Assembly (NCBI GenBank): GCA_038230375.1
Contig: JBBRNJ010000098.1
Coordinates: forward strand, 1 to 30,706
Direction of reading: 5' to 3'
Length of the DNA: 30,706 bases
DNA from: Polyangiales bacterium
GTDB taxonomy: Bacteria > Myxococcota_A > Polyangia > Polyangiales > Polyangiaceae
Part shown: positions 26,454 to 30,706 of the stretch, piece after piece
Numbering within the stretch: the first letter of the stretch is position 1
How the letters are laid out: the number at the start of each line of letters is the position of its first letter
Position numbers and translations under genes: made by a program
The notes under the pieces: model-generated
The model's database searches: none
Told to the model about the DNA's origin: nothing
The model's input: the letters and a program-made list of their open reading frames with translations, nothing else

Positions 26454-27130
26454 GCTCGATGCTGTTGGCGCACGTGCGCGCGGCACGAGAACGGGACCGT
26501 CAAGTGTTGGGGGCTGAACGCGTCAGGCGAGCTCGGAGATGGAACCGACGTCGATCGATCCGCTCCCGTGGCGGTCCCAGGGCTCACCGGCGTCGCGCAT
26601 CTCGCGCTGTCCCGAGGGTCGACGTGCGCGGTGTTCGCGGATGGGAGCGTGAAATGTTGGGGGGACGGCGAGCACGGAATTCTCGGGGACGGCGTTGAAG
26701 TCGGCCGTCGCTCGCCCTCCGCCGTCGCGGGCCTGCGGAGCGTCAAGCAGGTTGCGCTTGGGAACGCGCATGGCTGCGCGCTGATCTCCGACGGCGCGGT
26801 CAAATGTTGGGGATACAAGTGGCTCTCGCGGCTGGGCGAGATGGGAGAGGATCCAAGTCACGACCGCGAACGACCCGGGAAGACGGGACCGTGAGCTGCT
26901 GGGGAGCATCGCCGATGTCCGCGATGGTCAACCGTGACGAGGCCACGGATGTTCTCTCACCGAAGCGAGTGCCGGGGCTCGACGACGTCGTGCAGATTGC
27001 CCTCGGCCAACTTCACGTGTGCGCGCTTCTCCGCACGGGCTCGGTGAAGTGCTGGGGCAACAACCACGCCGGCCAGCTCGCCGACGGCACCGAGACATCG
27101 CGCGCGCTGCCCGGCCCCGTTCATTTTTGA
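26454..27130 (+). pseudogene. RCC1/BLIP-II repeat protein remnant, 5'-truncated and frameshifted
   Basis: Repeats TCA..GTVKCWGxN.GELGDG in one frame from 26454, with no start codon and a TGA at 26451. The frame switches near 26875 to REDGTVSCWG...VKCWGNNHAGQLADG. Confidence 0.8.
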
Positions 27131-27289
27131 AAACGGACGGAGCATCCGCCCCGCAGCTGTGGCGAGCTTGCGCGGCGGGACGTTGCCGCCACACCCTGCC
27201 CGGTCCTACGCATCGCGAATCACGCCGGAATGCCATTTTACGGCCGAGGTTTGCGTTGGATCGGCGCTCGCATCGGAGACGTGGAGATC

Positions 27290-28807
27290 ATGACTGAGAT
27301 CGCTCCTCGCACAGCCTCGTTGCCCGAACCTGGGACGGTGATCGACGGCCGCTACCGCATCGACGCGCTGCACGCCGAGGGCGGTATGAGCATCGTCTTC
27401 CGCGCAACACACCTTCTCCTGGAGCGTCGCGTGGCGTTCAAGGTCGTCTCCGAGAGCGTCATGGGCGTGCCGGGATGCTCGGAGCGCTTCCTTCGCGAGG
27501 CGCGCGCGGCGACGCGGCTCAAGAACGATCACATCGTCCAGGTCTACGACGTCGGCGTTCTCGAGTCGGGTGCACCCTACATGGTGATGGAGTGGCTCGA
27601 GGGCGGCGATCTGGCGCAGACGCTCGAGGCCGGACCGCTGCCGCTGGAGACCGCCATCGAGTACGTACTGCAGGTCTGCGAGACGCTGGCAGAGGTGCAC
27701 GGTCGCGGCATCATTCACCGCGACTTGAAGCCCTCCAATCTTTTTGTGACCACGGGACCGGACGGCGCGCCGCGCATCAAGCTGCTGGACTTCGGTGTCT
27801 CCAAGATCGCCTCCGTGGGAAGCGAGGTGCGCATCACGCAGACCGGGACCATCCTCGGTTCGCCCTCGTACATGTCGCCGGAGCAGATGGGCACCGCCGA
27901 GGAGGCCGACGAACGCACGGACGTGTGGGGCGTCGGCATCGTGCTCTACGAGCTGCTCGTGGGCGACGTTCCGTTCGCCGGTGGAAGCCTGGCCACCATC
28001 CTCGACACCATCGCCATGCAGCAGCCACCCAAGGTATCAGCCGTCCGCGCGGACGTGCCCAGCGGCGTGGACGACGTGATCGCGCGCTGCTTGCGCTCGA
28101 ACCCGGCCGAACGCTACCCGGATGTCGCATCACTCGCGGCGGACCTGGCGCCGTGGGGACCTGCTGGCTCGAAGCTCCGCGCGGTCGGCATCGTCGCGCT
28201 CTCGCATGCAGCCCGCAGTCGAGCACCGGAGATCCCCGCGCCCGTGAGCGCCGTCAACCCGACGCCGCCGCCCGCACCGCATGACGTGGCGCCGAACAGC
28301 ACGCCGGATGAAACCATCGGCCCTTGCGTGCAATCGAACGCCAATCCCGCGCTCGAGGAGCCAGATGCTCCCACGCAGAAGATGCCCACGCCGCGGCGCA
28401 GCGCGCTTCCGTTCCTGTCCGCGGCGCTCGTGCTCGTCGTGCTTGGCGTTGGCGCAGGCGTCGGCGTGTCGCGACTCGGCCGTGGCGGCAACGCGGCACC
28501 TGCACCAGAGCCCGAAGCGCTGGTGAGCGCTCCGCATGTGTCGCTCGCAAGCGCCGTCATGAGCGCAGCGCCGACCGCTACCACCGCGACCGCGGTCGCT
28601 CCGCCTCCGGTCAACGCGACCGCAGCCGCGGCACCCGCGCCGACGGTCGCGGCGGCTGCTCCGATCACGCGCGTGGACCCCCTACCCGTCAGGCGATGGG
28701 CAGACCTGGAGCCGCTCACGCCGACCGTCACGCCGCCCGCGCCGCCAACAGCCACGCCATCCGCGGCCGCTCGTCGCCCGGACGAGCTCTTCGAGGAACG
28801 AAAATGA
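27290..28807 (+). CDS. Membrane Ser/Thr (Hanks-type) protein kinase
   Basis: EGGMSIVF, VAFK, HRDLKPSN, DFG, GSPSYMSPE, DVWGVG. One TM helix and a Pro/Ala/Thr-rich extracytoplasmic tail. Confidence 0.95.
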   Translation: MTEIAPRTASLPEPGTVIDGRYRIDALHAEGGMSIVFRATHLLLERRVAFKVVSESVMGVPGCSERFLREARAATRLKNDHIVQVYDVGVLESGAPYMVMEWLEGGDLAQTLEAGPLPLETAIEYVLQVCETLAEVHGRGIIHRDLKPSNLFVTTGPDGAPRIKLLDFGVSKIASVGSEVRITQTGTILGSPSYMSPEQMGTAEEADERTDVWGVGIVLYELLVGDVPFAGGSLATILDTIAMQQPPKVSAVRADVPSGVDDVIARCLRSNPAERYPDVASLAADLAPWGPAGSKLRAVGIVALSHAARSRAPEIPAPVSAVNPTPPPAPHDVAPNSTPDETIGPCVQSNANPALEEPDAPTQKMPTPRRSALPFLSAALVLVVLGVGAGVGVSRLGRGGNAAPAPEPEALVSAPHVSLASAVMSAAPTATTATAVAPPPVNATAAAAPAPTVAAAAPITRVDPLPVRRWADLEPLTPTVTPPAPPTATPSAAARRPDELFEERK

Positions 28808-29868
28808 AAACGCTGTCTCTGCTCGCGGCTTCGGCGATCGTCCTGCTCGCGTCCACTGCACGTGCGAATGATCCCGCTGCCGCGGAGGCGCTGTTCCGCG
28901 ACGGACGCACGCTGCTCTCGCAAGGAAATTACGCCGAGGCGTGCGCCAAGCTAGAGGAGAGCGAGCGCCTGGATCCAGCCATCGGAACGCTCTATCACCT
29001 GGCGGATTGCCACGAGCACATGGGAAAGCTCGCCACCGCGTGGGCGGAGCTCCTGGATGTCTCGGCGCAGGCAAAGCAGCTTGGTCAGCACGAGCGCGAG
29101 GCGGCTGCACGGCAGCGCGCGGATGCGCTGGCGCCGCGGCTGCCTCACATGGTGCTCGACGGTGTTGCTCCACGCGGAGCAGAGATCCGTCGCGACGCCA
29201 CCGTCGTCGGGCCCGCGGAGATGGGCGCTCGGATTCCCGTGAACCCCGGGTTGCACAAGGTGACAGTTCGCGCGCCTGGCACCGTTGCCTGGGAGACCAC
29301 GGTGGTCGCGATCGAGGGTGGCACCTTGCACGTAAGACTACCCGAGTCGCTGACTGCACTGCCCGTCGCTGCGACGCCAACGCCGGCTGTGGCCACGCCC
29401 GCGAACGCGAACGCCAACGCGAACCAACCAAGCGCCGACGCGCGGGTGGCGACACCCGTGGCGCAACGGCAGGCCGAGCACGGAAACGTCCAGCGCAACG
29501 TGGGTATCGTGATCGCCGGCGCTGGCCTCGTCGGCCTGGGCGTGGGCTCTTACTTCGGTGTTCACTCCATGGACAAACGCGGGGAGGCGCGGAGCCACTG
29601 CACAGGCAACGTCTGCGACGCTGATGGCCTGTCGCTGCGCGGTGACGCCATCTCGGCGGGCAACGTGTCGACTGTCACCTTCATCGCCGGCGGCGCCGCG
29701 CTGGTGGGCGGTGGCATCCTCTTCTTCACCGCGCCACCGTCCCAGGAGACCGCGGGTCAATCGGCGCTCGTGCAGCTGCCGCCGCCGCCGCGCGCGCGTC
29801 TGGTCTCTGCGTCGCCCTGGGCCGGGCCATTCGGCGGCGGCGTCGCGCTCACGGGAGAGTTCCAGTGA
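28804..29868 (+). CDS. Secreted TPR + PEGA-like domain protein
   Basis: Signal peptide (ARA), TPR AEALFRDG...ACAKLEESERLDP, PEGA-like PVNPGLHKVTVRAPG, two hydrophobic segments and a terminal ...GVALTGEFQ. ATGA overlap with the kinase stop. Confidence 0.88.
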   Translation: MKTLSLLAASAIVLLASTARANDPAAAEALFRDGRTLLSQGNYAEACAKLEESERLDPAIGTLYHLADCHEHMGKLATAWAELLDVSAQAKQLGQHEREAAARQRADALAPRLPHMVLDGVAPRGAEIRRDATVVGPAEMGARIPVNPGLHKVTVRAPGTVAWETTVVAIEGGTLHVRLPESLTALPVAATPTPAVATPANANANANQPSADARVATPVAQRQAEHGNVQRNVGIVIAGAGLVGLGVGSYFGVHSMDKRGEARSHCTGNVCDADGLSLRGDAISAGNVSTVTFIAGGAALVGGGILFFTAPPSQETAGQSALVQLPPPPRARLVSASPWAGPFGGGVALTGEFQ

Positions 29869-30706
29869 GCCCGCTCGCCGCAGGTCGCTGTGCAGGTGCG
29901 CTCTTCATGGTGCCGTTCGCGCTCCTCGTCGGCGCATGCAACAGCATCCTGGACAATACCTCCGGCACGGCATTGTCGGACGAGGCCGGGACGGACGTGG
30001 GCGACGCGCAACCCGACATGGTGGACGCGACGACATCCATGAAAGACGCGGAGACCGGCGTGCACATGGACGCCGCCCCCCCCACGGATGCAGGCAGCGG
30101 CTGCCCGGCGGGACAGAAATCATGCGACGGCTTGTGCGTCAGCGTCACCGACCCGCTCTTCGGGTGCGGCACCGCAGGCTGCGGCGCATGCCTCGCCACG
30201 CGCGGCGCCTCCACGTGCGTCGGTGGCAAGTGCGCAGTGGGCACGTGCGATCCCGGATATGCAGACTGCAACAAGACCGTCGCCGACGGCTGCGAGACGG
30301 ATCTGGCAAGCACCAGCACCTGCGGCACCTGCAATGGCGTCTGCGGTGCGGCGGCCCCGTACTGCGCGCCGGTGGGCCCCGCCTTCCAGTGCACCACAGG
30401 CTGCACCGCCGACGCGCCGCTGCTCTGCGGAAAGCAGTGCGCGGACCCGATGACGAGCGTCACCCACTGCGGTGGATGCAACGTCGCGTGCGCCGCGGTC
30501 GCGCACGGCAAGGCCACCTGCGCGGGCGGCGCATGCGGCTTCGCGTGCGATCCCCAGTTTCACGCCTGCACTGGCAGTACGTGCGCGCGCGACACCGACC
30601 CGACGGCGTGCGGACCCACGTGCGCTGTGTGCCCGAAGCCCGCCAACACAGTTCCGCTGTGCCAGGCCGGCGCCTGCGCGTTCGCCTGGACGGCAGGCAC
30701 TGCCAA
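29865..30706 (+). CDS. Cys-rich repeat lipoprotein, 3' partial (absent from the ORF track because it has no stop in the window)
   Basis: GTGA overlap with the upstream stop. Translates as VSPLAAGRCAGALFMVPFALLVGA-CNSIL, then an acidic linker, then repeats CDPGYADCN...DGCETDL, HCGGCNVAC, ATCAGGACGFAC. Confidence 0.88.
   Translation, partial: MSPLAAGRCAGALFMVPFALLVGACNSILDNTSGTALSDEAGTDVGDAQPDMVDATTSMKDAETGVHMDAAPPTDAGSGCPAGQKSCDGLCVSVTDPLFGCGTAGCGACLATRGASTCVGGKCAVGTCDPGYADCNKTVADGCETDLASTSTCGTCNGVCGAAAPYCAPVGPAFQCTTGCTADAPLLCGKQCADPMTSVTHCGGCNVACAAVAHGKATCAGGACGFACDPQFHACTGSTCARDTDPTACGPTCAVCPKPANTVPLCQAGACAFAWTAGTA

Noticed and set aside
1..30706. CRISPR array, tRNA/rRNA, riboswitch, intrinsic terminators
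   Set aside because: No regularly spaced repeat-spacer pattern, cloverleaf, rRNA-like tract or U-tailed hairpin recognised by eye; an Infernal scan would be needed to exclude small RNAs.

Overview
High-GC (about 68-70% by eye, not computed), gene-dense DNA from a myxobacterium, most likely Polyangiales/Sorangiineae-like. The assignment rests on a MYXO-CTERM protein, a Ser/Thr kinase-TPR/PEGA-Cys-rich lipoprotein triad, a GRRPEG ferritin-like lipoprotein and an extra DnaK paralog. There are about 30 CDS and one pseudogene; I see no RNA genes, CRISPR array or mobile element. Main result: a candidate pterin/riboflavin-intermediate-derived cell-envelope modification pathway of unknown product, lying in two blocks. 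Block A (2625-5608) has a Zn-less MDR dehydrogenase, a non-canonical PTPS, a flippase-like protein and a CDP-alcohol phosphotransferase. Block B (11452-14958) has an LtaS/sulfatase-like transferase, a GT4 glycosyltransferase and a reductase-only RibD. A stress-gene block lies between them (Zn-ADH, hypothetical, VIT1, DnaK, CHAD, lipoprotein). Other notable items: six sigma54-like -24/-12 motifs before stress/envelope genes, an exported MsrB fused to a decayed MsrA-like domain, a DUF4132 protein with a possible EVE/PUA-like N-terminal domain, a G4-capable in-frame 9-bp repeat, a broken RCC1-repeat gene, and a translationally coupled kinase/TPR-PEGA/Cys-rich lipoprotein operon that runs off the right end. 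All family calls come from motif recognition, not database searches.
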